Source: Takakia lepidozioides (Eukaryota; Plantae; Bryophyta). Taken from it: a stretch of DNA of 64,000 bases. This document shows, in pieces, positions 27,301 through 40,300 of the stretch. Location of the stretch: positions 20,956,001 through 21,020,000 of the forward strand of contig CM060731.1 of assembly GCA_030704615.1 (NCBI GenBank). The letters are read 5' to 3'. Below the pieces are notes generated by a model, which saw only the letters and a program-made list of their open reading frames with translations, had not been told where the DNA came from and did not search any database. Within the stretch, counting starts at the first letter, position 1, and each line of letters begins with the position of its first letter. The position numbers were made by a program, and so were the translations under genes.

Positions 27301-29270
27301 GGCCTGGCAGATCTTGAGGCATTTAACCTTCTTTTTGCGGGCTTCTGCCATGTCTAGACTGAGCTTTTGACTGAGAACGGTGACAGCTTTGAGTTTGGCC
27401 AAGAATATATCAGTAGGGCTTTGGGTTGGAGAACCTGCTTGGAACCAAGCTAATTGGAGGGCTTGCTTGAAGACATGTGACTCTAGGAGAAGGTTGGTAC
27501 GTTTGAAAATACCCCTACCCCTGCGCTGCATTGAAGGGATAGAGATGGATGCTTGGATTGGAGCATGGTCAGAACCTAAGGGGATGGGTTCTTGGATTTC
27601 TCTTTTGGTCCACTGGACCATATTGAATGAGACGTACACCCTATCCAGTCTAGCCATTTGCAGATTCTGAAGGTCTCCGTTGTTTGTCCAGGTGAATGAG
27701 ATGTTTGAAGCGTTCGGGAAAATTGCAGTGGATTCCACCAGGTTATGGTTTTGAGTTCCCGAGAGCCATTGGTCCATTTCTACCGAGTTAGGGTTGAAGT
27801 TCCCAGCGCCTCGTCTGTCTTCATACGATTCATGTTAAAGTTTCCACCCAGGATCCAGCTGTCTATATTAGGCTCGTCTTCCATTTTAGAATTAAAACCC
27901 AAATAACGGCTCTCTTGGGTCCAGAAGGGGGTTGGTGGATGCTCCTTGTGGCCCCACACATTATGCAGGCTTCGCCCCTCAAAAGGGCCAAATGGAACCC
28001 CTCTTTCAGATGGACGACACAGGGGTTTAAACACAAGATGGCAGGGTCCCCGCTTTGGCAAACCATATGGAGAGCCTGGGACAAACTCGGGAAATTCCTT
28101 AAAAAGGCAGACCCTACATCATTTTTCGAAACCATTCGCCAAAGCCTCTTTCTCATTCAAACTCTCCATCGGCTATCCAAAAGAAAGAGGCAAACGATGG
28201 TCAGCCTGGGATCACCTTGGAATTTCCCAGATCGGTCACTTACGGGCAAATGGGGACTGGAAATCAATGGACACCATTGCCACAATGGTTGGTAAAGCGA
28301 GAGCTGCCAAAGGCCTGGAAGAAATCAAACGCTCTACCCCTCCCCAATGGCTAACCACCTTGCAGTTGGGACCGCAATTGCCCCAGCGCAGCCATTGGGC
28401 TCTGGCAATCTTCTGTGGCAACCTATCCATCTTCTTTATGCAAGAATACACTGCCTCGTATCATGCAATCTTCCATTTCTCCATCGATCAGGGCACAATG
28501 CTGCTTCAGCTCCTCTCAGATCAAGTCATTGATATTCCCTGGAGTCCCCTAACCCCGGTCAAAATCTGTGGATGGAGTCTTCCTTCCAAGCAGATGAACC
28601 CTATCCCGCCACCCCTGGAAACCATTGCCGAATGGCTGCAGGTTAATAGATTCTTTTGGGTACTGCAAACCTCTGGCTGAGCTTCCCCTGGATCTGGGTG
28701 AATGGTCGTGGACCTTTCCCAGAGGTCCCCACCCCTTCTTCACCTACTCAACAAAGAAGGGATACAAAGCCCTATTGAACGCCCAACCATTACAATCTAA
28801 GTGGGACTCAAGGTGGCACCACCACGGATTTCTAAATGAGAAATGGACGATCATCTGGGGATCTGTTTGGATCAAGATGCGCCCACCCGAGGTGGCGGCC
28901 CTCCTCTGGCAGATTGCTAACAGGGTACTGAAAGTGGGGGAGTGGCTTCAATTCCAATCCTCGCTCCTCTATGCATGCTGCCCTTCGGGTATCCTGGAAA
29001 CCATAGAGCATGCGAATCTAGGATGCTTGGCCCCTCGAACCATCTGGCCTCTTGTAAATGAATTCTATAGCCACTGGAGCCCCAAGCCCCTCTCAGTTAC
29101 TGCCATCCTCCTTAATTATAACCCTCAATCCAAACAAAAATCTCTCCCATGCCCTGTATTCAAAGCCCTTCGAGGATCAATCCTATGGCATCTATGGAAA
29201 GCCAGAACCTTCTCTAGAAACACTACCTCAATATCAGCATTCATCGCACTTATCTTCTATGATCTTGGTA
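24310..29270 (+). mobile_element. Degenerate L1-like LINE (ORF1, APE endonuclease, RT, zf-RVT) with internally inverted segment 25605-27901
   Basis: Plus strand: ORF1 24494-25198 and APE N-terminus (SWNIIGLG, QEHKL, VNIYA). Minus strand: WILGGNFN, RLDRVY, SDHAP, KSPGIDGL, YRPITLLN, VRQGCPLAP, MFVDD, GGLGVLDP. Plus strand again: LLWQIANR...ETIEHANLGC. The 5' UTR may extend to ~23470. Confidence 0.88.
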
Positions 29271-29703
29271 TCACTGAAGGTGAAGGTGGCCTAAACCGCA
29301 CACCTCGTCTTGTGTATCCACTAGTATTGCTGGTGCTCGTACCGGCACTCCCCTCAGCAACTGGTGGCACCTCTGTGATGAAAACTGGAGGTGTCTCATC
29401 TCCTGTCCACATTGTCTTGCCTGACCAGTCGAGGGTTCACGTGGATGAAGTCTAGTCGAAAGAGACTACTAGTGGAGTCTGTCCTGGCACATTGCGCCTG
29501 ATACCATTTGGGCTTCTCCCATCGGTGTGCCCACCAGTGGACATCCAAAGTTCTTCCGTTTATTCTACAGTTCCGCCCAGTCCGGACAGCTCAACAGAAC
29601 CATCCGAGCAGCGGAGGAAAATTGGTTGAGCTCCCTTGAAGATGAGGAAGATGTCTGTGTCGACAAGGAGGAGGAGGTAATGCCCAGTCTGTCCCCACAA
29701 TTG

Positions 29704-30200
29704 GTAGTCTACCTGCTCAGTCTGCTGCGTCAGTCTGCTTGTGGACTTGCTGGTTAGTCCCATGAGTTTGCTCATCTTGCTTCCGGAGTCCAGTAGTATA
29801 GTCCCTCTTGCAGTCCACTGTGCGCATGTGTCTGTTGTCATAGAGTCTGCTGGTTCAGTCTACTATACGTGCGCAGGTATCTCTTGCCGTTGAGTCTGCT
29901 GGAGTCCACTAGTTCCTTTGTTCTGTGCCCCGATGCTTGTGAGTTTGTTGGAGTCCGCTGGTTCCTTTGTTCTGTACCACGATGCTCATGAGTCTGCTCG
30001 TAGTTTGTAGTCTACTTGCTCGGTCTGCTGCGTCAGTTTGCTTGTGGACTTGCTAGTCAGTCCCATGAGTTTGCTCGTCTTGCTTCCTGAGTCTAGTAGT
30101 ACAGTCCCCTCCTGCAGTCCACTGTAGGTGCGCAGGTGTCTCTTGCCGTTGAGTCTGCTGGAGTCCGCTGGTTCCTTTGTTTTGTGCCACAATGTTGGTG
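29704..30200. repeat. Imperfect direct duplication (~300-bp period) rich in AGTCTGCT motifs
   Basis: 29704-29920 resembles 30007-30200; both encode GTILLDSGSK.SKLMGLTSKSTS.LTQQTEQVDY on the minus strand. Confidence 0.8.
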
Positions 30201-30294
30201 AGTCTGCTCGTGAGTCTGCTGCTAGTGAGTCCGATGCTGAGTTTTTGGATTTTCTGTCACATACTAGAATGAACGAGCCAGTATTCGGGAGGCC

Positions 30295-33200
30295 ATGTGT
30301 GCTTGGTGGACGGTGAGCTCTGACCCTCCTTTAGCAGTGAATGCGGTGCGCCGGGAAGTGGAGCGGGTGCAGGAGTACATCTTGTTTAAGTACCCTGGCT
30401 CAGCAGACGCCATCGCAGCACTGGACTCTGCAGACAAAGCATGCGCCAACTCCCCGGTCAACACCATACTCACTGCAGACTCGGTGGACACAGAGCTCAC
30501 CCAATCTAGCATCCAGCAAATTCTTGCCCACCAGACTCACAGTCAGCACAGTCTTGTCCAGAACACTCCCATGTACCAGATTCTCATCCAGCATACTCCC
30601 ATCCAGCAGACTGCTATTCAGGAGACTCCCAACCAGCAGACTCCCATTGTCACAACCACCACGAGACTTTTTGGAGTTTGGCGTCGCCATTGCCGCTCAT
30701 TGATCCCGAAGCTGTGGACCTGACACTTGCCCGACTGAGGGTGGGGGAAGTCAATGCCAATGTGGATTGGTATAATGAGCTCCTTTGCATTGTCACGGAC
30801 GGCCGGTGGCATTTTGTCCCCTTTCATTATTCCATGGAATTTACTATGGTAGAAGCGAATGAAGTTCTCGAAAGCGCACATTCTGTTGCCATGGCAGCCA
30901 CGAAGGTCCAAAATTCCCCGCCATTGCTTGTCCAATTAATCCTCATGGATGACCCACGGCCTCGGGAACTCAGACATATGCCCATGGCACATCCTACCTT
31001 TGGGGTGCGGGGAAAGCACTTGCTTGGAATTACTGAAGAGTACTTTGATCGCATTGCTAATTCTTTCCTTCACCATCGATGGATGCAGTTCGGCAATATC
31101 CGTTCATACAATAAATTGGTAAAGGACCTGCAAAGTTTGAGGAAGTATTTGTTTCATTCAGATTTGGATGCGGGTAAGAAGAGTGTTGTGGATGAGGCGT
31201 TGCAATGGTTTGCTGCGGTAATGGAGCGAGTAGTGTTCGACATTGTGTCGAACAGACCGGATGTGTTCAAAGTCCTTTGGTGCGGCTCCCCATTTGAAAA
31301 CCGCATGCCAGCGATTCGCCATCTCGATGGAGCATGCTTGGAACGCCAAATCAAAGATATTGGTCTCATTGGCAACCTCCTAGAAGGTAATGCCGGCTTC
31401 TTCTGGACCATTGTGAAGTTCATGGTTTTTTCTTCCACCATCCTGTCAGACTCACTTTGTCCAACTCATCTGTTTCAGGAATGTGCGATTTAGACGAACA
31501 CGTGCAGTGTGCTTTTGATTCCCTTGCCAGAGGTGCACGAGATGTTGTGCTGGCGTTACAGGGACTCCATGACACCATTCAGCAGACTGCTGAAGACGCC
31601 ATTGCTCAGCAAACTGACCCACTGCAACAAAAAGAGCATGGACAGACTGTCAACACTATCCCAGCCACTATTCAGGAGAGTGGGCGCACTACAGGCCACA
31701 CCAAGGACGAGGAGACTCATGAGCAGATGGACGAGCACACCGGTGAGTAGACTGAAGGACTACCTCTGCACCAGACCGTGCAGCATACCAATGACCAGAT
31801 CGTTCAGCAGACTGAATGCAGTCACCACAATGACAGTGCCCTGCAGACTGTCCAGCTTATTCACGACCACACTGACTTGGAGGACCCAACTACACTTCCT
31901 GTCCACCAGTCTGGATCTTGGCTCGTTGAACAGAGTCGGCTGCACTGGCCTCAACGGGACCCTGTCTCTGAATTTCTGCGGAGTTCTATCAGTGCATTGA
32001 CGGAGTCTTCTTTTCCCGCCAGGCCATCTTTAAATATTGGCGCATCGTTTGAGGATATAAGCCGGGCACCGGTAAACCATTCTCTCCAGTGGCCCATGGC
32101 CTGCCATCTATTTCCATTTATCTCAGCCCGGTTTTGGTTCGTTCACTTGCGAAAGCTCTTTACGTGACCGACCGCAATATGGGAACACAACCCCGTATCA
32201 TTGACCTTACTGAAGATCTAGACGATGTAGTTGCCGCGGATAATTTAGATGTCGGCGGTAGTCAAGCTTTTTCTGCATCAGACCCTGAAGACACAGTAGA
32301 CTTGCAAGTTGATAGAATATTGATCTCCTCCCTGCAAGAGCAGACCGACCACGAGAGTGACCACCAGGCTGAACAACAGATTGACCAGAGCAAAAAGCAG
32401 ACTGAGAACAGTGAGCAGCAAACGGATGCTGAACATGGTCCTCTGAGGGAGGGCCAACATGTTGTTCCCCCCGCCCACAAGAGTGTCCACCAGACTCGAC
32501 AGCAGACTGACCAGAGCGGCGAGCAGACTGAGCACCGGACTGACCAGACTGAGGACACTGAGCAGCAGACTAATGCTGAATATGGACAGACTAAGGGCCA
32601 ACATGGCGTTCCCCCCGCACACAAGAGTGTCCACCAGACTCGACAGCAGACTGACCAGAGCGGCGAGCAGACTGAGCACCAGGCTAACCAGACTGAGGAT
32701 ACTGAGCACCAGACTGACGATAACATTGGACAAACTGAGGGCCAACATGCCGCGCTGTCATATTGCCCCTGGCTACAGCAGGTCCGGACTTGGGCGTTCA
32801 AGCAAGGGAGCAGTCTGCCCAGTCGCTTCCTTCCAATGACGCCGTACAGGTTGTGCCCTGCCGTCTTCCACCTCTGTGATTTCAGATTTATGTTCAATTT
32901 CTGTGTATTGACAGAATTTGTTGTACCTACACGACTTTAGGACACCGTTTCCCTCCCAGGCAATTCCACAACCCGCCCATGTTGCTCACGTTGGCTCCAC
33001 AACCAGAAAAGGTGGCTTACTTACAACGCCAACAGATGCACGGATTAGTTCAACTCATGCGACCCGTGAGGCTGTCAATACAGGTCCTACAAGTGTGAAC
33101 AAACCTGCAGACATAGTCGTATTGCAAAGCAAGACCGCATCACTTTGTCAGTCTGCTGAATCGAACCCGGCCACAATAGTCGCCGAATCCCTGGGCACAA

Positions 33201-33725
33201 GTAGAGCGAAGAAGCATATTGTCATGGAGCAGACTCAGGAAGTTCGGGAGGGTCCTGTTGCCAAGAAACCTGCGAAGAAAGGCAAGTCCGCTGTCTTCAT
33301 GAACAAGAACCGCAAAATGGCATTGGATACGGACAAAAAAGTGGTTCTTCGGCGACAAATGCACCAATGAGTAGTCCTCCCAGTCTGCTGAGTCTGGTCA
33401 CTCCAGTCTGCTCAGAAGTGTGAGTCTGCTCAGTCTGGTGAGTCTGATTAGTCCGCTCAGTCCGCTCGGTATGGGCAGTCTGTTGAATGGAGTCAGTCCG
33501 CTTAGACCGTTGCGTACATGGGTTTTCACACAAGGCCGTGGTCTGTGTGCAGGTTGGGTTCTCGTTTTGCCGCGGCCCTGCGACGGAATGTCGTGGCCGG
33601 CCATTGCATGGTTCACTTTTATGAAGGCGACCCCCGGTATGTGTGCTCCATTGGGCCTCCGGACTTGAAGCCACTTGAGACGGTGGAGTCGGAGTGCACA
33701 GATAGAATGCTGGAGCTGTGGTGTC
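30295..33725 (+). pseudogene. TE accessory gene: unknown N-terminal domain, Q/T/E-rich repeats and start of a Ulp1-like (C48) domain
   Basis: Broken ORF chain 30295, 30678-31493, 31457-33370. Exon 33553-33725 (SIGPPDLKPLETVESECTDRMLELWC) resembles the 'DL..L.p...lnD.ii.fy' opening of Ulp1 domains. That these pieces form one gene is inference. Confidence 0.5.
32452..32750 (+). repeat. 144-bp (48-codon) coding tandem repeat, about 2 units
   Basis: GGCCAACAT recurs at 32452, 32596 and 32740; unit GQHxVPPAHKSVHQTRQQTDQSGEQTEH... Confidence 0.85.
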
Positions 33726-33729
33726 CTTT

Positions 33730-34270
33730 TCTATGAGAAGACAGTTGAGGAGAAGTACTCAGGTGGCATGAGGCAAAAATTGCAATGGGAGCTGGGGCAT
33801 CCTCATGCATGGGGCTGTCAGGAACAAGTTGTCCAGGCTCTGGCACATCATCGGAATCAGGAGAAACCCTAACCCGGTCTTGCATATGCAGGTCTACACT
33901 TTCCCTCTCACCACTGCTCTCTGTTACAAGAAACGACTCCCTACCATTCTTCACAAGCGGAGGCGGTGTTGCTGAGGCCGCAGGATATAGAGATGAACTA
34001 GACAGCTTATTAGAGCGAGCCTGCTTCCCAGACTATGGGCGAATATTTTCGCTTCCTAGGTGCAAATGAGCTCCCACTTTCATCAGAATCCTACTGCTTT
34101 AGATCGTTTATTGCTTGCCCGCGCTGGCCGCAGCCTCCCATATGCTCTCGTCCTCCAGCCATGGCCTTCCTCAACCCTCCTCCTCCACAACAATTCATCT
34201 GTGGGTTCAGGCCCGGGCTTATTATACACTTGCAGGCTAGCAAGAAGAGAAAAAGAAACAACACATTACC
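33730..34270 (-). pseudogene. CDKG: CDKG (CDK11-like) kinase N-terminal fragment
   Basis: ATG at 34162 gives MAGGR...; PRKRKYSPIVWE at 34028-34057 matches the plant CDKG N-terminal RKFSPIVWD motif; PEPGQL follows. Stops are present. A polypyrimidine-TAG acceptor lies upstream. Confidence 0.7.
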
Positions 34271-34550
34271 TTTTGGGGGGCCTATGGAGGTGAAGAGTGG
34301 TAATAGTGCAAAGCTTCTCTATATACCTCTATATTCTGGTAGTGGAATCAGCAGAATTGCCACACATTGCTTGCGACTTGGAGCCATATGTCCAGCTAAC
34401 CTCTTGCAACCAAGGAGCTTGACTGAAAGAAGTCAGTGCAATTATGGCTAGAAAGGGTTTTTCACTATACTGGGATCAATTTTTGGCGGTGCTTGTTACA
34501 AGTGTGAGGTTGCAATTAGGAGGAAGTGCCCAAGATGGATGATGTGAGTT

Positions 34551-35310
34551 TGCCACTTCCATGTTAATTGCAATGGTGGCCGTCATTTGAGCTCACAATG
34601 TCGGAATCCAATGAGGTAAGTTGATATGGGTAGCCAGCTTGATAATGAATACTCTCTAATTGAAGGAAGTACAAAAACATTTTGTGTTCTAAAATGGGAG
34701 CACCTGGTATGGGGCTGTGCATTTTATCAAAACATTATATTGGCCACTTCCATGTTAATTGCAAGGGTGGCCGCCATTTTCGCTCGCAATGTTGGAATCC
34801 AATGAGACAAGTTGCTATGGGTAGCCACCTTGATCATGAACACTCTCTAATTAAAAGAAGTACAAAATATGCCAGTGTGCAAAAATGGGAGCACCTGGCA
34901 TATGGTTGTGCATTTTGTTTAAAGGCACTATGTTGGCCACTTCCCTGTTAATTGCAAGGGTGGGCACCATTTCCGCTCACGATGTCCGAATTCAATGAGG
35001 GTAGTTGGTATGGGTAGCTAGGTAGATAATCAACACTCTCTACTTGAAAAAATTGCAAAATCAATTTGTGTGGTGAAATGGGAGCACCTAGTATGGGGCT
35101 GGCCATTTTGACCAACCTCTATCATGCTAACCACTTGTGTGCTCATTGGAAAAATAAGGGCCAATCTTTGTCACAATGTCGGAATTGAATGAGGGCAGTT
35201 GGTATGGGTAGCTAGCTTAATCATGAACACTCTCTACTTGAAAGAATTGCAAATATTTTTTTGTGGTGAAATGGGAGCACATGGTATGGGGCTGCCCATT
35301 TTAACAACCT
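34551..35310 (+). repeat. ~190-bp tandem array, about 4 units
   Basis: GCCACTTCC.TGTTAATTGCAA recurs at ~34551, 34742 and 34935; AAATGGGAGCAC.TGGTATGGGG and CACTCTCTA occur in each unit. Confidence 0.88.
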
Positions 35311-36728
35311 TGTCATGGTTTTAGTCATGGTTAACTAGAATTACCTACTTCTAGTTAACTAGGATATTTTAGATATTTATATTTATATTTTGTGTGTTAG
35401 GACTTCATTTGGTCTCATATGCCAAGTGAGGTGTCAAGCCTCACTTGGGACATGGGAATGGATTTTCCCCTTGTGAGTGTTGAGGAGGGCTCATCTTCTT
35501 GTAGTTGAGCCTCCATGAGCCTCTCTCACCTCCATAGCTCTAGGTATTGAGAGGGAGTGTATTGAAGGCTTTGTAGGGTGGATTCCCTTAGCAAAGGTGC
35601 CCTTGGCTTGACTTAGTTTATGTGATAGAGTGGATTTCATTTGGAAGGAGTACTAGGGCTTGTTCTTAGTATGATTGCTTCATGCTTAGAGAGCTTTCAT
35701 TGTCTTCCACTTTCCCCATTTCTCATCTCTTATCACTACAAGAAGATCACCTTATGCTTGTGAGTGCGAAGTGTAAGGATTAGTTTTGCACTTGTATGTT
35801 AAAAAGGTTGAGAGCTAGGAGAATTTAGCTCTTGTATCACAAGGCTTGCAAGGAAGGGTGCTCGGGTGTTGCATGCACCAAGAAGTTGGAGAGCTTGAGA
35901 AGAAAGCTCTCGAGTCACAAGATTTTGCAAGGATTGCAAGGAGGAAGTCTTGTGTGTATGGAACCATGGATTCATGGGTTTGAGAATCATTTGTATGCAT
36001 TATGGAGTCAATGGTGTGTGCCATGGCTTGTGGAGAGTGACTAAAGGCTTGTTAGTGCTCATTTCACTATCAAGCTAGGGTTAAGCAAGTTCAAAGTGTG
36101 GATGTTGTGGAAGAGAAGCCAAGGAGCTACATAGGCTTGGGCTTGAAGACAACAAAGGCAAGCACTAAGAACCTCAAGAGTTTGAAAGAGAGCATGTGAA
36201 GAAATCTTCCAATCATGGTGGTGTGGAGCCAAGCTTAGGGCACCATTGGAAGGGCTTGAAGAACATATGGTGGGAAATCCTTGAAGGGAGATCATCGCTC
36301 AATGTATGCATAGCTTCACCCTAACTATGTAATGTGACGGAGGCAATACTTGGCTATTCATGCTCTTGGTAGTGTGAGCTTTGTGGTGGATAGTTGACCA
36401 AGCAAGTAGTGCATGTGTGGAGCATGCTCTCTTGAGTGTGTAAGTTCAAGTTTGAGAAGGGGAGCTCTTGAACTAGTAAGAGGTGAAGGCCTTGAGATCC
36501 ATTTATGTGTGAAGTGGAGAGGTGTTGATTCATGTTACAATGAAGGAGAACAACACATAGGCCAAGAGGTCATGGAATATGCATTCAAATAACCAAGGGG
36601 AGCACATGGATGATGGATTGGTGCAAGACCCCAATGAAGGCATATGGCGTGAGAGTGGGATCCAAGGCGGATTGCTTGGGAGCATTATTGATTGCTCCTT
36701 TACATTGAGATAAGCCTCTCATTTTACA
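35311..36728. other. Probable LTR-derived insert (unresolved)
   Basis: It interrupts the tandem array abruptly with TGTCATGG, is non-coding and has LTR-like composition. No matching TSD or second copy was found. Confidence 0.3.
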
Positions 36729-37373
36729 ATAATTGGGACGTTATGGCGAACGCGCGAGCTGACCGGTGGGCCCCGTGCACGGACGCCCGGCTCCCCCCAC
36801 CCGGACCTCCTCCCCCCCCCCCCCCCCGCCTGCCGCTTCGCGCGGTCGCCCAGCTACGCCCGCGCTCCACCGCGCCCCCAGTCCGGCGCGGCCAGTCCAC
36901 TGCCCGTGAGTCCAGTTCCCCTCAGTCCGCCAAACCGCCAGTCTGCCGGCCAGTCCACTGTGCCAGTCCCCACAAGTCCACCCAACAGTCCGTTGTGCCC
37001 GTCTGCTGCCTGCCAGTCCGCGCCGGCCAAAGGATCTGGATCGTCCATTCTGAGAAACCCATCCGCGCCATCTATGCCAGTCCACTGTGTCAGTCCCGGC
37101 CAGTCCACCCAACAGTCTACCCACCAGTCCGCCGCCCATGAGTCCGCTTTCCTCCAGTCCACTGATGATGCCGCATCTGGACCGTCCATTCGTAAATGCC
37201 ATCTGAGCCCTCCATTTTTAGGGCATGAATTCAAACCTTATCCCTGCCGCCTGCCACTTGCCAGCAGCCGCGAACGTGCGCACTGATGCTCCTTGCACGT
37301 TGTCCATCGTGTCCAGTGTACTGCGGCGCGTTTCTTGCAGGTTCTGAAGCGTGTCCTCTGTACTGTACAGGGC

Positions 37374-40300
37374 ATGGACGTGGAAGCAGAATGTGATGAT
37401 ATACTAAAAACGGGATGCTGGATTATATGGCCTCTTCGACAAAGTTTGCAAACACCCAAACCAGGACCCTTCAACACGAAGGACCTCCAATGGAAGAGAG
37501 ACACGCAATATGGTTATATGGGTGTCAGACAGAACATTGTTCAGAAGGCCTGCATACCGTGGGATAGAGTTGATGACTTTCTCCTTGGAGAGGAGAGTTT
37601 GGTGGACTACCCCACTCAATTTTGGGTGAATGTCCATACTAAAGTGCAACCCAGCATGCTAAAAGAGCTGAGAGCCAACAGTTTTCTGAACAGTATCATG
37701 TGTACACCATCCTCATCGTTCTTTTGTAGTCTGATTGCATGTCTGTTGCCATTTTTTATACCCACGTTCTGTGATTTCATGCTTCCAGAAGTCGATGGAT
37801 ATCGATTGTGATTCTTATGTCCAGGTATCAATGCTGCTACGGTCCAGATGACAAGCACACCAACAATGCGATAGTGGAGGATCCCAAACTGAAACGTGGA
37901 GGACCTCTTGTGGGTGCTGGAACATCTCACCCTCATAAAGGCCCAAGGAGAAAGAAATCGGAATATGGAGAGTCTTACAAGCGTGGTTGCCAGTGCTGTT
38001 TCAAGGTCCAGCAATGCTATCTCGCCCGCGACATTTGTGTCTTCACATACTACAACAATATGGAGCATACAGACGCGAAAGGGAACGCCTGTCATGGGAA
38101 GTCCGTTGAGTTCATAAACACTCGCCACGCCTATGCACCACACATTAGCAAGGAATTGAAAGCATGGGTCATGGAGTGTCTGTGCCGAGGCCTGTCAGTC
38201 GCCCAAATCATGATGGAACATAAAGAGCACGTCATGAACAACACCGGGTTGGGGGATGCATGGACACGGGACGATTTTTTGTTGGAGCAGGATGTGCGCA
38301 ACCTGGCCGAGAAATGGGCATGGAAAACATTCAAAAAACATGCCAACGATGCAGAGAATGTCCGCATGTGGAAAGACCAGAACCCGAAATCGGTCTTCTT
38401 CTATCAAGAGGAGAAATTGGCGCCAACATTCAAGCACTACGATGGCAACTTAACATTCACAATCGGCATACAGACTGAGTGGCAGAAGAAGCGAATGCTT
38501 CAATTAGGCCATGCCCGTATCGTTGCATGCGATACAACCTTCGGGACAAATCACCACAAGGTACTCTTCATCCCTTTCACAATTTATCCACTTGCAGAAG
38601 TAGTGGATGTACGCACACTGGCAGCATCTGACAATCTGCATTTGAACAGTTCCCATTGTACACGTTGATGGTCTTCGACGAGTGGCTTAACGGTATACCA
38701 CTTGCATACATCATATGCGCGCGTGAGCAGACAACAGACCTAGTGCCGTGGATGGCAGCCTTACGGGACACTCTCCTCGCAGAAATGCCAGACTGACGAC
38801 CCAATGCCTTCATTGTGGACGATGCCGTCGCCGAAATAAACGCCATTATGTAAATTTCACGTACCCTCCTGTACACTCGCGTGCAAGTCCGTCGCCTGCA
38901 TCCATTGTCTGTCTCTTTGGCAAGTCCCCTGCCATTCAACGCAATCCTGGCTGCAAGTCCGGCCCATTCATTTCTGCAAGTCTGCTAGCAAACCAGTCCG
39001 TTGATAAATTTGTCCTCTAGCGAAGTCCGCTGGAAGACTCACTTGCGCAAGTATGCTGCAAGGTCCGTCTGCTCGGGTGTGATGCCAGCAAAGTCTGGAT
39101 AAGTCTGTTGCCGGTCTGCTAAAGGCAAGTCCGCTGGCAGGCGAGTCCGCCGGAGGGAACTGTTCGCAAGCAGTCTGCTGCAAGATTCACTTGCGCCAGT
39201 TTACTGCGACCTCAGTCTGGTCCAGCAAATCCGCTGGCAGGCGAGTCCATCGGAGGGGACTGTTCGCAAGCAGATCGCTGCAAGACTCACGTGCGGAAGT
39301 CTGCTGCGACCTCAGTCTGGTCCAGCAAGTCCGCTGGCAGGCAGGTCCGCCGGAGGGGACTGTTCGCAAGCAGTCCGCTGCAAGACTCACATGCGTCAGT
39401 CTGCTGCGACCTCAATCTAGTCCAGCAAGTCCGCTGGCAGGCGAGGCCGCCGGAGGGGACTGTTCGCAAGCAGTCCACTGCAAGACTCACGTGTACCAGT
39501 CTGCTGTGACCTCAGTCTGGTCCAGCAAGCCCACTGGCAGGTGAGTCCACCGGAGGGGACTGTTCGCAAGTAGTCCGTTGCAGGCTTACACAGTTCGACA
39601 CAACTTCACACAGCCAGTCACAGCTCGGCACAGTCACAGCCTGACACAGCTTGGCGTACGGAAAGTAGATCCATCGAAACAACATCCCAGTTGCAAGAGC
39701 TATATCCACAGAGTGCGAAAGTGGCAATTGACAGCAAGACTCACGTGCGCCAGTCTGCTGCGACCTCACTCCGGTCCATTGAGGGGACTGTTCGGAAGTC
39801 TGCTAGCAACCCAGTCTGCTCGGGATGCCCTCTGGCCAAGTTCGTTGCAAGACTCACTTACGTAAGTCTGCTGCGAGGTCAGCGTGGTCAGGTCTGCTGG
39901 CGGTGTCGTGAGGGCAACACTCATGGCAGGTCAGAGTGGGCGAGTCTGTTGCCTGAATCCGTTGGGCAAGTCCACTGGAACAGACGGGCATACCAGTCAA
40001 CCAGAGAGTCTACTGGGTTAGTGCCCAAGTCCACCGGCAAAGTCCTCTTTGAAGTCTCTCATGTGGGCATGTGTACTTTGCAGGGCTGTTTTTCGAGGAG
40101 TGCTATACCTTTGGCATGTCCGGCGGGCTCGGGTGAAGCAATCATGCGCGAAAACCAAAGATCCTATCACTGTTGCAAACTTGCTGAAAGATATGGGAGA
40201 CCTCATGTACTGTAGAGGTGGACCAAGCAATCCCAAAGAAGGTCATGCATGGGTAGTAACAACGCTCCGACGCATGAGAAAAAAATATCCGAATGGGCAT

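Noticed and set aside
35734-35744. CACTACAAGAA as the partner end of the CACTA-like terminus at 48405
   Set aside because: Only 8 bp match and the flanking 3-mers differ (TAT vs ATT).
39131-39575. Regular repeats as a CRISPR-like array
   Set aside because: Units are contiguous with no unique spacers, there are no cas genes, and the context is a eukaryotic intron.
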